This document shows, one piece after another, positions 23,776 through 36,595 of a DNA stretch of 64,000 nucleotides. The DNA is taken from positions 4,650,001 through 4,714,000 of the forward strand of contig CM068756.1 of NCBI GenBank assembly GCA_035084275.1. Direction: 5' to 3'. A model generated the notes under the pieces. It ran no database searches. It was not told the origin of the DNA and saw nothing but the letters and a program-made list of their open reading frames with translations. The stretch's first letter is position 1, and the number at the start of each line of letters is the position of its first letter. Source of the DNA: Hydrolagus colliei. Lineage: Eukaryota. The position numbers were made by a program, and so were the translations under genes.

Positions 23776-24414
23776 ATTGCTATGTTTACTATTGCTTTAA
23801 GGGTTTGTAATATTTAAATAACAATAGCGGAAAAACACCATTTAAGTCAAATGTTAGGATTGGATCCAATCCATCAGTTTGAAAATGTCTGTTAAATCGC
23901 CTCATATGCATTTCAGTTCTGGTGAACTCGTCCGTGGTAATGTATCATTTGTGTGAACTGATATCCCTTCTATAATGGGGTGCCCAGAACTGCACACGAC
24001 ATCGCAGAGGGTTGGGACTTAATCATTTACAAAGGAAAGTAAACTGCCTTGAATAGGACATCATTAGAGGTCTGTGCAGGAACTTGAATTGTCAATAGGT
24101 CACTACCCTCAGCTCCAATCTCTTATCTGTACTGCGCCAAAGTTTGACCAGTTATGTTCTGCAGTAACTCTGAGCTGACATTAAACTGTGTGAGGGTCAT
24201 TCCTGAGATCAGCATAATGGGCTCGAATAAATATGTATACACTTCCCCTCATTTTAACTTCACCTCAGTGATTCAAGAATGCCCAGTGCACATATGTGCA
24301 TTTGAGAACTGCAGCATGGTTGTGTGACATTGCATGCTCTGGAATGCACTTTTCTTTGAACTGACACATTTTGATGTGTAACCCAAGAGTGCCCCTCACA
24401 TGTGATGTTTGATA

Positions 24415-24600
24415 TAATAATCCTTGCATTTCATATAACACCACATCGAGACATCGCAGAGTGCTTCATATTCTGTAATGTGTTTTGACTGTGGGTGCTC
24501 TGTGGGCAAACACAGCAGTAGATTTGCAGGCAAACAACAACAAAATTGCACTTATATAGCGTCTCTCACATCGGGAGGACGTCCCAAAGCGCAGTCTGGT
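24415..24600 (-). mobile_element. Adjacent SINE tail and L2 tail fragments
   Basis: ataatccttgcatttcatataacac... followed by (CAA)n aattgcacttatatagcgtctctcacatcgggaggacgtcccaaagcgc. Confidence 0.65.
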
Positions 24601-26141
24601 CGGGACCCGTGCGGGTGGGGGGGCGTGATATCCGGACCAGTTGCTTAAGTAGAGATAAGAAGATTTGTTAGTTATGAAAATGTTAGACAGTGAGCTTGTA
24701 CAGTTTTATACTACAAAAAAATTGTAGTTGTGTCATTGTGTGAATGTTTTATTGCTTACGTTATGAATAAAGATTATTTTGCGGGGAAAATACATCTCTC
24801 ATGTTCTGATGGTGCAAAAGAAACTCTGGCCAATTAGAGCCTCATACGCATACATCACAGATGAAGCTTTAGGCAATTAACAATGTTTGTGAGTTTTGTT
24901 GGTGGACAACTATCAACACCATCTGTGGAAGACTGACATAATTAAAAATTGTGTGCAACAGAGGATTACAGAGAGTTCTACCATAACCAGAAATGTTCAA
25001 TGCAAACTGAAATAGGAGCTCGCTGCCTGCGATGCTACACTGCCTTTTATTTTATGTGTGCAGTTTGTCCTTGAGACATATGGATGCATATTTACATAGT
25101 GTTTGGGGATATTGAGGTCAATGTCCTAGTTAGAACAGGGTCTCAACAGTTCCAGGGTGGGATGGCTCCTGGATGGACACGCACATCACTGTGAAACCGC
25201 TGCCCAAATCACTGTGAAAAAGATGACTGTGAAAGCTATGTAGAGTGTTGGAGTCCAATTTGCATATGATTTCATGCAGCTTTAACACAGCTTTCAGCCG
25301 CCTCCACAACTGAAATAGGAACTTTGGGTTGGTGCCAATGTGCCCAAATGTGCATCGAAATCTGTGCAACAAGCCATGGGAGAACTAACTGAGGCATGCC
25401 ACCGTAAAATCCACAGAGTTTCTACTGAGCTAGGGGTGACCGAGAGAGAAAGGGGAGGAGGAATGAAAAACTGAAGCTTCTCGGTCAAAATGAAGACTTT
25501 GCATCCCATTACCACAAATTCAACTATTGTTCCAGTAGGCAAACTACAGAATGCTCAACAAAAGCAGCAAAAGGCTGCTCTCTCTTGCCCCACAGCATTC
25601 CTCTCTCTTACCCAACTCTCCCTTCCCTTCCCTCCCCCTCTCTTTCTCTCTCAATTCTCACCGACGTGATAAGGCGCTATATCAAATGCAAGCATTATTA
25701 TAATTATCCACATGAAACATTTCTTTTTTTTCTGTTCAGGTAGTACTTCTTCCTCATGTACTGAATCTTACTCTCTTGAGGGAAAGTGAATCAATCGTTC
25801 TACGTTTTGTTATTATGACAAAAACAACCAATGGAGTATCGACTCCTCAAACTAGTCCAGGTCCAGAAATCCAACGCACTCGATACATCAACCAGTTAGT
25901 TTCGGATTTCTATACAGAGTAGCTCTCACTGCCTGCCTTGTTCAATGCAGTTGCTAATAAATGCAGGTTTCTGCAATTAGTATTACGTAAAAAACAATAT
26001 TGATATTTCAGTTGTTTATTTTCCTTTTCTCAACTTCCTCCTCTCTTTTACCTGCTTGACTTTCAATTGAGTTTTTTTTCGGAGAGATCTGATACCTATA
26101 AGAAGAATACAATTTGTGTTATTAACTCTATAATATATACA

Positions 26142-26353
26142 CAGTAAAAACCCATTTACCCGGCACCTGATCAACCGTAACTTCCGTATAACCGGCATCG
26201 CAAAAAAAAGGTCCACATTCGATTAACCGGAATTTATCCGGAAAAATGTTTGAAAATATTTTTTTTTTTTTGCGTTTTCGGACGAATATCTGGCACGTGC
26301 TTTAACCGGCATTGGCCAGGTACCAAGGGTGCTGGATAAACGGGCTTTTACTG
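26142..26353. mobile_element. Non-autonomous DNA transposon (MITE), Tc1/mariner-pogo type, copy 1
   Basis: Terminal inverted repeats cagtaaaaacccatttacccggcacc / ggtgctggataaacgggcttttactg. TA follows the right end; the left flank is CA. Closely similar to 63340-63562. Confidence 0.85.
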
Positions 26354-28214
26354 TAATCACTAAAGTGAACATTGGATGCACAGGTTCTCAGACACTCTGG
26401 CAAATCTGCAATAGTTTGAAGTGTAACATACTAGCTGCAGGAACCTGAACTTGAAAGACAGAACAGTCCTGGACCACACTCGGATTCTTCACCACATGCA
26501 CGGCAGGGAAATGGAGTCTTTCCCGTATTATCAATGTGAAACCCTCTAGGTCAAGCAAACTATGCAGAGCCACCAAATATAACTTCCTCTACTTTGTCCG
26601 AAAAATATGTCTAAATCCCAACATCAGACATGCATCACTGTTTGCACTAGTGAAAAATCTTCCTATTATCATGCCAGCTGTGTTGATCTGAGTAAAAGTC
26701 ATCACATGGGCAATTTGTGCCAAATGGTGAGCAGTTTTATGGTGCTGCTCTGTACTCCTTAAACACTAGATAGAAAATGCCTGATCTAATATAATTGTGG
26801 CCAATGGCTTAATTTAATTTTACTTGTGGCTCATAAAAACCCGAGCAGGATTGAAACCGAAGTTCCAGAGTTGACAGGACAGACACTGTGCTTACAGACT
26901 GTAGCAAACAAATAATCAAGCTTCCATACTGAACATAGCCCTGCACCATTGTGAAACATGTTGAGGCATTTCCATGTCATTCTGATGACGCTACTCTTCT
27001 TCCTTCCGTTTCCAAATGAAACTGCTCTTTGAAGTCGGAGAGAAAACAATATGAGTTATGACAGGTCTTAAAATTGTCTGAAATAAATCAAAGTTGAATA
27101 TTTTTGACAAAATGGCGTGTAATAATTTTTTAAAAATTTCAGCCTTCTGAGAGCGAGTGATGGATTGATGTATGACGGCAGCAAGATTGGTGTCCTGCAT
27201 AATCCCATTGATTGCATTACTCAGAAACGCTTTTAATTACATGAAGGCAATGCCCAATGAGCTGCATATAGGATGACAGCATCAAAAATCCAGTAACCTT
27301 AAACCTTAACCATAATATTATGCAGAGTCCTACAATTGTGTTGGAATATCTTCTGTGACACTGAGAGTTTCATTCAGAGCTCAATAACAATCTTATCCAA
27401 TGCAAGATGCAGATTAACCTGTCCCATTTGCTTACAATATTCACAGCTCCTGTCCTTTACATTGGATCCGATAAAGCCCATTTGAGACATCTTCCTGATG
27501 TGAATGGCGTTATATCAAATATAAGAATACTGTATTACAATTATTACACATGACAACAAACAGGGAAATAAAGACTCTTTAGCCATTTAACTACTGATGG
27601 AGCAGCCATCTATCACTAACAGTGGTGATGCTCACAATCTCTCACTCATGTGGTACTGAGATACTTTGTCCCAGAGGGGATCAAAGGGTAAATATCTAAA
27701 TTTCAGGAGTTTTGAAAGCATATAATATCATCATTCCTCACACGAGGTTCAACATTAACCAGTTAATAAAGAGGCAGATATTGTCGTTTGTTTTATTTAA
27801 ATTTCAAGTAATTAAATTAATTCTCTAATTAATAGGCTATAAAAATGAGTGAAGCGTGACTGCTTTCTCTTGTGTGACTTGGAGATAGCACTCCCATGAG
27901 ATAACTTAACACAGCCTCTGCCCTTCAGACAATAGGTCAAATTGCAGAAGAAAACAAAAGCCAATTGTAATATATGAAACATTAAATATATATTTTTTAA
28001 AACTATCAATTCTTTCAAATTCTAGTCAAACAGATATACTATAAGCAAATAAATTTCAATTATTTACTCAAAGGAATAGGATTTTGTTAAGATACCTCAA
28101 TGTGTTCATACCGAGGGCAAATAATCTGATGCTACATGTTTATAACACAGCATTCTAATCTTTCAAACTAAGATTAAAAGTCCCCTGATAATACAGCAAG
28201 TTTGCATCGATAAC

Positions 28215-28330
28215 CACTGAGCACTGCAGATCTGGAAGGTCCCCAGATACATTTTCAGGTTATGCTGAGTTAGTTGGTCTCACCCAGAGTGCTACTAGGG
28301 ACCTGACAATTAGTCTCGGTGGCTTGAGAA
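28215..28330 (+). mobile_element. Degenerate tRNA-derived SINE fragment
   Basis: ctggaaggtccccag...tgctgagttagttggtctca...acaattagtctc resembles a shark SINE body. Confidence 0.4.
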
Positions 28331-29319
28331 AATGTTGGCTTTGGTAGATTTATGGAGATTTGTTGATAAACTAGTGTCAAGTTTTCTCTCCAAACATCTA
28401 GGTGATAGGTAGGTAACCAGCACCTTGGGATGTGAAACACGTTATCTAAAAGCAATTTGTTGTTATTGTACGTTTGGCATGGAGTTTGGAAAGGAGCAGG
28501 TCAAAGGGTGGTTTTACTATTCCATGCTTTCTCATTTCCCTCCTCCCCAGTCATTGTTCTAAGTCTTTTTTTCTTTTGCCCAATACACTCGGTAGACAAC
28601 TTTGTAAATTTTCTTGTAGGCCAAAAGAACTTTCTCTCGTACAATGTGAGATTTTCAATCTGCAATGAAATAGCAGATTGGGAGTTTTAAAAAAAAAAAT
28701 GTCTTCAGCCTTTCTTGCCCAGGCTCCCCCAAAAATTGTCCCGCTGTGCGTTATCAATCTTTTTCTCAACCTGTATTAAATATTACAAGGATACAACTAT
28801 GATCAAACTGCTATTTCGTTTTCAATTCTCTGCCAAGGGCAAAAACTTAACGAACCCCAACAAGCAAATAAGGCATGGAGTAGATTGCAAACAGCACCAC
28901 ATTGTGGTCAAAGATAAATACTGCACACAATGTGAAATTGGGCCCTCGTCTGCAAAGCACCGAGCTACAACATGGCATTAGTGAAAAGCATGATTTTGGT
29001 CAACTGTGCATGATAGATACAGGTTCCTGCCCAAGCTATGTGTGAATATGCCTTGAAAATAAGGCAAAATTCACGAGAGAAGTGTTTGACTTTTCTTTCC
29101 CTTCCACTGGGATAGTGTCGCAAAGGATGCCTCCAGTGCTTTGCTCAAACGATCAGCAAGCGTTGACATTCTATTCAAGTATAGATCACAGAGAACGTCT
29201 GTGCTGAGGTTAAATCCCAGTTGATATCTGAGATATCAGCAAGTAACCTTCCCACCATCAGGAAAGGGGCTGCAATTCAAAGTACTGTAAAGAAGAAATC
29301 GCAATACATCCGAACATTT

Positions 29320-29470
29320 AGATAATCCTTGCATTTGATATTGCGCCTTTCACGTTGCAAGGAAGTCTCAAAGCACTTCACAGGATTTCATGTGAAATGG
29401 AGTGACTGTGTATTTGTAGGCAAACGCAAAAGCACGATTGCTCACAGCAATATCCCACAAACCACTATGA
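29320..29470 (-). mobile_element. SINE 3' portion
   Basis: ataatccttgcatttgatattgcgcctttcacgt...gtctcaaagcacttcacagga. Confidence 0.7.
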
Positions 29471-29658
29471 AACGAATGACCAATTGGCATTTAAACATTG
29501 AGGAATTGTACAGCTTAATTAATAGATTGAAACTGGAAATAGAATCTCTTATGTGTGAAGCATTTTAATTGACTGTACAATTGATCAGTTATATAAAGAT
29601 AAATACTATGCTTCGAGCCAGTAGATTATTTTCTTCAATATTTGAGCATCACATTGAA

Positions 29659-29752
29659 ATAATAATAATAATCCTTGCATTTGATATAGCGCTTTTCACG
29701 TCATCACGACATCTCAAAGTGCTTCACGGAATATACCGTAACGTGAATTGAA
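29659..29752 (-). mobile_element. SINE 3' tail
   Basis: (AAT)n ccttgcatttgatatagcgcttttcacgtc...tctcaaagtgcttcac. Confidence 0.75.
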
Positions 29753-29954
29753 ATACCGAGATGTGTGCTAACTGCTATCCACAGTAACAGTTAATATCAG
29801 GTAGGCTATTCCTGGGTCTTGTATTTAATATTAGAGTTCACCATTGCTCAAACCTATATTCTCAATGGCAGATTTTTTTTCAGCTTTCTTTTCAAACTTT
29901 GAGCTTTTGCTTGCTGAAGAACATTATTGCCTCATTGATACCTTTATCGCCCAC

Positions 29955-30045
29955 AAATATACAGTCGATTCACTATCCTGTGAAGCGCTTTGAAATGTCT
30001 AGAAGACATGAAAAGCGCTATATTAAATGCAAAAATTATTATTAT
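29955..30045 (+). mobile_element. SINE 3' tail
   Basis: gtgaagcgctttgaaatgtctagaagacatgaaaagcgctatattaaatgca followed by (TTA)n. Confidence 0.75.
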
Positions 30046-32208
30046 TGGCATACTTTTGAGATCATAGTTTGTAAGTGTCTGCAAGGTCTGTATGTAAGTT
30101 TCCTTCTACATTAAAAAAAAGTGTTCACAATTACTTAGCAGTAATCCTAAAAACTGTTTGACAATGTTGAATTTGTTGTGTTTCTTTTTTGCCTTAATGT
30201 GGTTACATTTAATTTGTCAAGGAAATGCCTTTAGAAAATCACAAGTGAACAATTCTGAGGATTAGCTGTTTACAAATATATATATAGATATATATATATA
30301 TATCTGTATATGAGACCCCTTGCAGGGATCTGGCAATGACAAACAGGAACACATCTTTTCTAATCTGCCATTAGGCACTGCAATTAATTCTTTGCAGTTG
30401 GCAATCGTAGGCACACGCATCAGCCAGAACTCTTCAGGAATAAACTTCTCCAACAATGCGTGTTTTCGTCCAAACCCCAGATTTCGTTTTTCTATGTGTG
30501 TGGGAATATTTGTTTAGTGACTGGAACGGCGAGTCAGATAGGTCTCAGATCAAGGTCTGAGGTGAACCCAAGGCCAACGGGGAGACATGGCAGAGTTTAC
30601 AATGTTCAGCATTCCAAACAGATGACTATCGGATCGACTGGAATTAGCATGTGAATCGGATGATCCTTTGACACCCTGGTGATGCATTCATTTCACTGAC
30701 TACCGCCTCCCACCCCCACCCGTATGATAAATAAAGTGTTGCATCGGCGGTGCAGTTCAGCTTTCATTGGGGGCCAGTTCTGCCTCCACTTATTAATTAA
30801 ATACATAATTAAATACATTCCGAACAATGGCAAACAGGTCCCTAAGAGCAGTGGCCAATCCTGGCTCTGAATTCAATTGCCGCCCAGTCCTAATGTACTA
30901 CAGGAACGTAACCTGGAGACAGAAATCTGCTCCAAATCCAAAATGACACAACACCTTTAGTATTTGCTAAATGAAACTAGAATAAATTAAACCTGGCATA
31001 TATATTTTTTTCTCTCTCCCTCTGAACACATGACGAGTTTCTTCCCGAGTTTTGTATATCTACAGAGCAGTAAGTAATAAAAAGAGCATCTGATTAATTT
31101 GTTTACTGCTAACTGAACCAAGGTGGGTTTACATTAAAGATACCAAAAGGTGCTGCCACTGTTAGAAAGCTCCATGTTAATCATATCATTGCATCAACTT
31201 GTTCACTTTAAAAACAACAACAAATTGCATTTATGCAGCTTCTGGTTCTCTTTGTGGGAAAGGCGTTCAGAAAGAGTAAATTTCTACCCAAGTGAACAAT
31301 CTGCGCATTGTACTCGTTACAAAAGATAGTTAACCATCAGTGCCTATAGGACAAAATGTATTCACACCTGTGTATAATGGTTAAATGGAATTTAAACAAA
31401 CTCAAATGAAGAGATGATCAAGCAAGCACTCAATTACTACATTTAAAAAAAAAGCTTTGTACTTTGATGTATTTTGAAGACGTGATAATGCACTATACCA
31501 AATGTAAGGATTTTTTATTTATTATTAAAAAAATACATTTTGAAACCAGTTGCACTATTTGAATATTGGACACTTCACGTTGAACATTTTGTATTTACTT
31601 TCAGCCTGTGTCACTGGATGATTCATTCCATCGGACCGTGATTGTCTTTTGCGATTCCCTGGCTGTTTTGCAGTGCCCTTTGGTCCTTGGACATTTTTGC
31701 CATAATTTAGTGGTTTCACTGTAACTGTTGATATCACTGAAGTTCAGAAAGGATAAAGCTATGGCCTTGCCCTCAGAGAGCAAAGCTGACCTGATGGTGT
31801 GTGGTGAGGTATTCTGTGAGGAAATGGTGCAAGGCTATCTTTGGATCTGTTCATCAATTCATCAACTTTTCAACCTCTCCCTGAGCCTTTTGATCTTTAT
31901 CTAAGTGTCTCTGAGTGTTAGTCTATTTTCCTATAGGTATATCTCGGTTGCCATCAGTTCATTCTTTTTGTCTCTTCACAACAGTTTATATTACTTTACT
32001 TCTTTCTACTGCCTCACCGTAACAGTATTTTAGGTTTTTTTTGTGGCCCTTTTTTTATTCCTCGCACAAGAGCAAGGAGGATGTGGCCATTTAACAGGAT
32101 GGCAGGTGGAGAAGCAGCGGAATGGCAATTGGAAGGAAACTTCCTGATAGCAGAGAGGTGACTGCAGTTTTCCACATCACACATTGTAAGGAGATGAAGG
32201 GCAAGGTC

Positions 32209-32498
32209 AACAACAACAACAAAATTACATTTGTAATTTTTCACGTCGGGAGAAAATCCCCTTGGGTGTTTCAGACCCAAGCTGGGGTTGGGATCAGGGA
32301 GGATGGAGGGGAAAGTGGGTGACTATTGGCACGGTTGAAGAGAAGGGTCTTGAGGCTAGGGTGAGTTGTAAAAGACACAATTTTTCAGGGTGTGTTTTGC
32401 CCACAGCTGATCCACGTTATAATATATCCCGAGAAGCTCTTTGAGACATCCCAAATACATGATAAGGGGCTGTGTCAAATGCAAGGGCTATTATTATC
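32209..32498. mobile_element. L2 3' end (minus, 32209-32360) next to a SINE tail (plus, 32385-32498)
   Basis: The minus part is similar to 36430-36595. The plus part has ctttgagacatc...gataaggggctgtgtcaaatgcaagg. Confidence 0.65.
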
Positions 32499-35400
32499 CT
32501 GGTATGCTCGTGTCTTGAACATGTAGAGGGCATCAATGTCTTTTTGTGGGTAATGTGTCTACAACTACACAATATGGCATTGCTGAATGAATTATAAAAG
32601 AATCCAGTTTAAGTTATGGTAAGTCTATTCTCAGTGTAAAGTCAATAATCCTTATTCCTTTGCCAATGCACTCTATTTGGTATTATTATATATTATATTT
32701 GCATTTTTTATCCAATGTCGATTGCTTAATTTATCCACATTAAAATACTGCAGCAGATTATCCCATCTGCAGTTATTCAATTGCTTTTTTTTCTGATCCC
32801 ACTGATTAAAAATAATTGGCATTTCTACCAGTGTCCTGGCCAACAATTTTCCAGCCGAGTTGGCCAATTTTTTCATGGCTGTTTGTGGGACCTTGGGGAG
32901 TTCAAACTAGCTGCCACATTTCTCTCTAAATGTAGTCACTACAAGTGACAATTATTGTTGAGTACTTTTCCCCGAATGTTGCAATTATTATTTAATTATT
33001 GTTGTACATGCAAGAGATTTATAAATCTATCACACAAGTTATCTGGCCTTTTGCAAGTCAGTTTGCAAACTGGGGAAGGGGAAATGGACAGAGCGAGTTA
33101 AAGGGGTGGAAAAGGAAACCCTCGAAAAACTATTTAAAGTAGAGACGCTGCATACGGTTCTTACAAGTAAATAAGAGGATATGTATTCAGAAGCAGAAGT
33201 ACACATAGTGCTCATGATGACTGCTGCACAAAAATAACAGCAACAATTTTAATTATCAAAGCAAGCTGTGTCCTGAGAGCAACCTTGAGAAAAAGAGAGA
33301 ACACACAGCTGCCTATGAATTCGGAACGTAAGATTAAACCTGGCACGTAAGCACTCAGAATGTTGTCATACGTGGAATAAATACTGTATTGCACATAAAC
33401 TCTGATAACAAAACACGCATCCAAAATAACTTTTCTTTTCTCTGAAACACAGATGTAGTAAATCCAAAATGATTGCAGGAACCCATATTCACTGAGAGAT
33501 AAACTGCTAATTTCTGAAGATGGCCAAAAGGAACTGAATTTTAAAAAAAATGATTCCATGTGTGTGTTATTTCAGACAAAGGATAGTTCGGGTATTTCTT
33601 GTGAATAATTTCCATGCTGTTGATAGGCAAGTTGTGATCAGAGAGTCTGATAACCAGAGAGGCTAGATGTCGAGCAAGAAAATACTGTTTATGAGAGCAT
33701 TGGTCCAATCAATATTCATGAATATACTGATACACCAGAGATGCAGAAGAGATACTTTCATATTACTGAAAACAGCAATGGATTGCTCAACAATAAAGCA
33801 GCATAACCTTAGCATATTAAAAGGGAGGAGGAGCTGAACACATAGATTTAAGCCACAGTTTACCATATGTATTCATTTTCACAGAATGTTGTGCTTTATC
33901 TTCTCTCTGCAGTTCACTGCTGATGGCAAAAACATGAGAATCATATAAGACTCGAAAAAACAAAACAAAAGGGGGTTGGCGGGCCAAATGATGCTATCAA
34001 TTAATCAAATTAAATACTTATTGTTATTTACAAATGGTGCCTGCAGTTTCAGCGCACACCAAGAATGCCCCCTAGGTGTCTTGCCTAATGTTATCAGTTT
34101 CTGAAAAATTAAACAGCGTTACCCGTATCAATGCGTGAACAATTAATGTTGGATTCCTACAGTGTAATGTAAGTCAGCAGTTCCATTCTCTAAGGTTCTA
34201 AAACATCATGATATGCAAAATTATTAGTTGTGGTCCTTTACGCTATTGCTAATTATCTGTAATTTGCAGTAACCTACATTTTTGCTTCTTAATTGCTTTA
34301 CAAATAAGCTTTTATTTTGAAAACTCATTTTACACTTTTAATTGGCAGTGTTTTCAACATATGAGTGAGTGCAGACTATGTATTGAGATATCAATCAATA
34401 GTAACCTCCACAGTTTTGATAAGAGAGGTATTAATAAGTGCTCCGAGACATTACCCCACTTGAAGGGTCCAATATAAATCCAAGTTGTTGTTGTAAATAT
34501 ATTGTTATGAATCAATGTACCGGATCTTAGTAACCCTTAAGATGTCAGTATTCAAAACAGCTGTCTGCTACAATTATATTATCTGTTCTTCCCCACCTCC
34601 TTCCCTCTCACCCCCCCCCCCCCCCCCCCCCCCCCACTCCCCCATCCCATGCCCAAGCAGACAGACTTGCTCTGGTTGAGAATGTGAGAAATTGTCCGTG
34701 TGACAATATGCAGATATGTGCTTTTGTTTCACTGAGATACCAGTGAACGGAAATACAAAAAGTGAAAGATATGAAAGAAAGAAGTGAATGGACGAAAGAC
34801 ATAAATGAGCTGAAGATTTGGAAGATGAGATAGATAATAAAATCTGGAAGGTCGTGTTGAGGGCTTTTGGCTTAGTTATCATTTGTAACAGAATGGAAAG
34901 CACACAATTGATCCCTTGCCACAAATGATCGATAAGCTCTCTAAGAAAGAGGAGAGTATTACAGGTTGGGGTTAATTAGTATGGACAAAATACTGTATAC
35001 ACACTACTAAATTAGTAGTATAAATACTTTCGGAATATATAATACAATATATTTGACCCACCATTCGGGGCTATAATTAATTGCAGATACAACATTCCAA
35101 CAGAACCCAAGCTTTTTGGTCTGGGCTGTCTGCCAGCCATCCCACTACGGTCAATCTTCTCAAAGTGCTGTGATTTGCAGCCTATAAATGTGTTATACTG
35201 TGTTGGAAATCTAACCAAGTCCCAGCTAAAATACTAAAGCTCACAACAATCTGGGCTGCAGTCCAATATGTGTGGATCATGTATTGTACGAGGCAGAACC
35301 TAATTAAATTTGACCTTTTGACATGGGTTTCATCATTCAACTCTCTGTGGCTCAGCTCAGAAAAGAAACTCAAAAGTTTCCCAGCCTCGGAGACAAATAA

Positions 35401-35551
35401 ATATTAGCTAATGGAAGAAATGTTGGAATGACCAACTTGTATCTGTACTGATGGAGCAAAATAAATAATAATAATATAATAAATAATGCTTACATTATTA
35501 TTATAGGACATCTATTCATCCTTGAAGCAGGTAACGTTTAATTTTTTTAAA

Positions 35552-35903
35552 AATCCTTGCATTTGGTATAGCGCTTTATCATTTCTTCGAGAAAGAGCTT
35601 CACAGAATATGCAGTACTGTAAAGTGAATTGACTGTATATTTTGTGGGTGGAACGTGCCAGCTAAATGCACACAGGAGTGTCCCACAAATAATCATGGAT
35701 TGAAAGTACCAATTTTTTTAAAGCAGTTATTATCCCTGGAAAAGCAATCTGCCAATTGACTAACAACTGGGTTCCTACTTACTGCTAGGTAAATTGAAGT
35801 GTGTGGAGTATGGAAACCTGCCCAACAATTAACTCTGCCGGGAATCGAACCCAGGTCTCTTGTTTTAGAGATGAGTGCTCCAACTGCTGAACTACAGGAC
35901 TCC
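35552..35903 (-). mobile_element. Full-length tRNA-derived SINE with L2-type tail
   Basis: Head ggagtcctgtagttcagcagttggagcac, intact B box GGTTCGATTCC (35841-35851), CORE-like centre, and tail agcgctataccaaatgcaagga. Confidence 0.85.
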
Positions 35904-36429
35904 AGACAATATACAAAAGCTTACTGGTGCAAAACAGGAAAACATGCTGCAGCACACAACACATCGAAAGGATTTAGAACAGAACTTTTATCAGAGACTC
36001 CAGCTAGCACTGTAATTCTTGCCATTATTCAAACAGCGGGAAAGCTGCCAACGAAACAAATGATACACTTGACCAAGCAGTGCAGTGTTTATTGCCTTGT
36101 GCATAGTTCCATGATTTTAATGGTAGAGAATGTCAGAATGTGCTATAAATCCTTGAACTGATTGATTTAAAATTTCCTTATTGACCATTTTTGTGTTAAT
36201 GATTCCTTTGATCTCATCATCACAAAACTGTCTGGCAGCCACATGTTTGGGTAACATTTTGTAAACTTGGAAAAGATCAAAAAAACTGTTGTTGCCCAGA
36301 GGATTAGAGCATTGATCTGACAGTCTGGAACCTTGGTCTGAATGTAGCATTAAAATCTCCGAGAGCTTACAAGTGTCCGTTTTGAAGACAGTTAAACTAA
36401 TTGGTACCAAACATGTCGACACTGTAAGG

Positions 36430-36595
36430 CAAGATCCTCCTCTTTGACTGTGCCATTGGTCAGCCCCCTTCCCTCCACTCTCCCCGATTCCGATGCCAGC
36501 TCGGGTCTGAAACACTGTGCTTCAGAATGTCCTCCTGTGCTTCAGAATGTCCTCCTGATGTGAAAGGTGCTATATAAATGTGATTTTGTTGTTGC
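36430..36595 (+). mobile_element. L2 3' end with an internal 20-bp tandem duplication
   Basis: caagatcctcctctttgac...(tgtgcttcagaatgtcctcc)x2...tgtgaaaggtgctatataaatgtgattttgttgttg. Confidence 0.75.
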
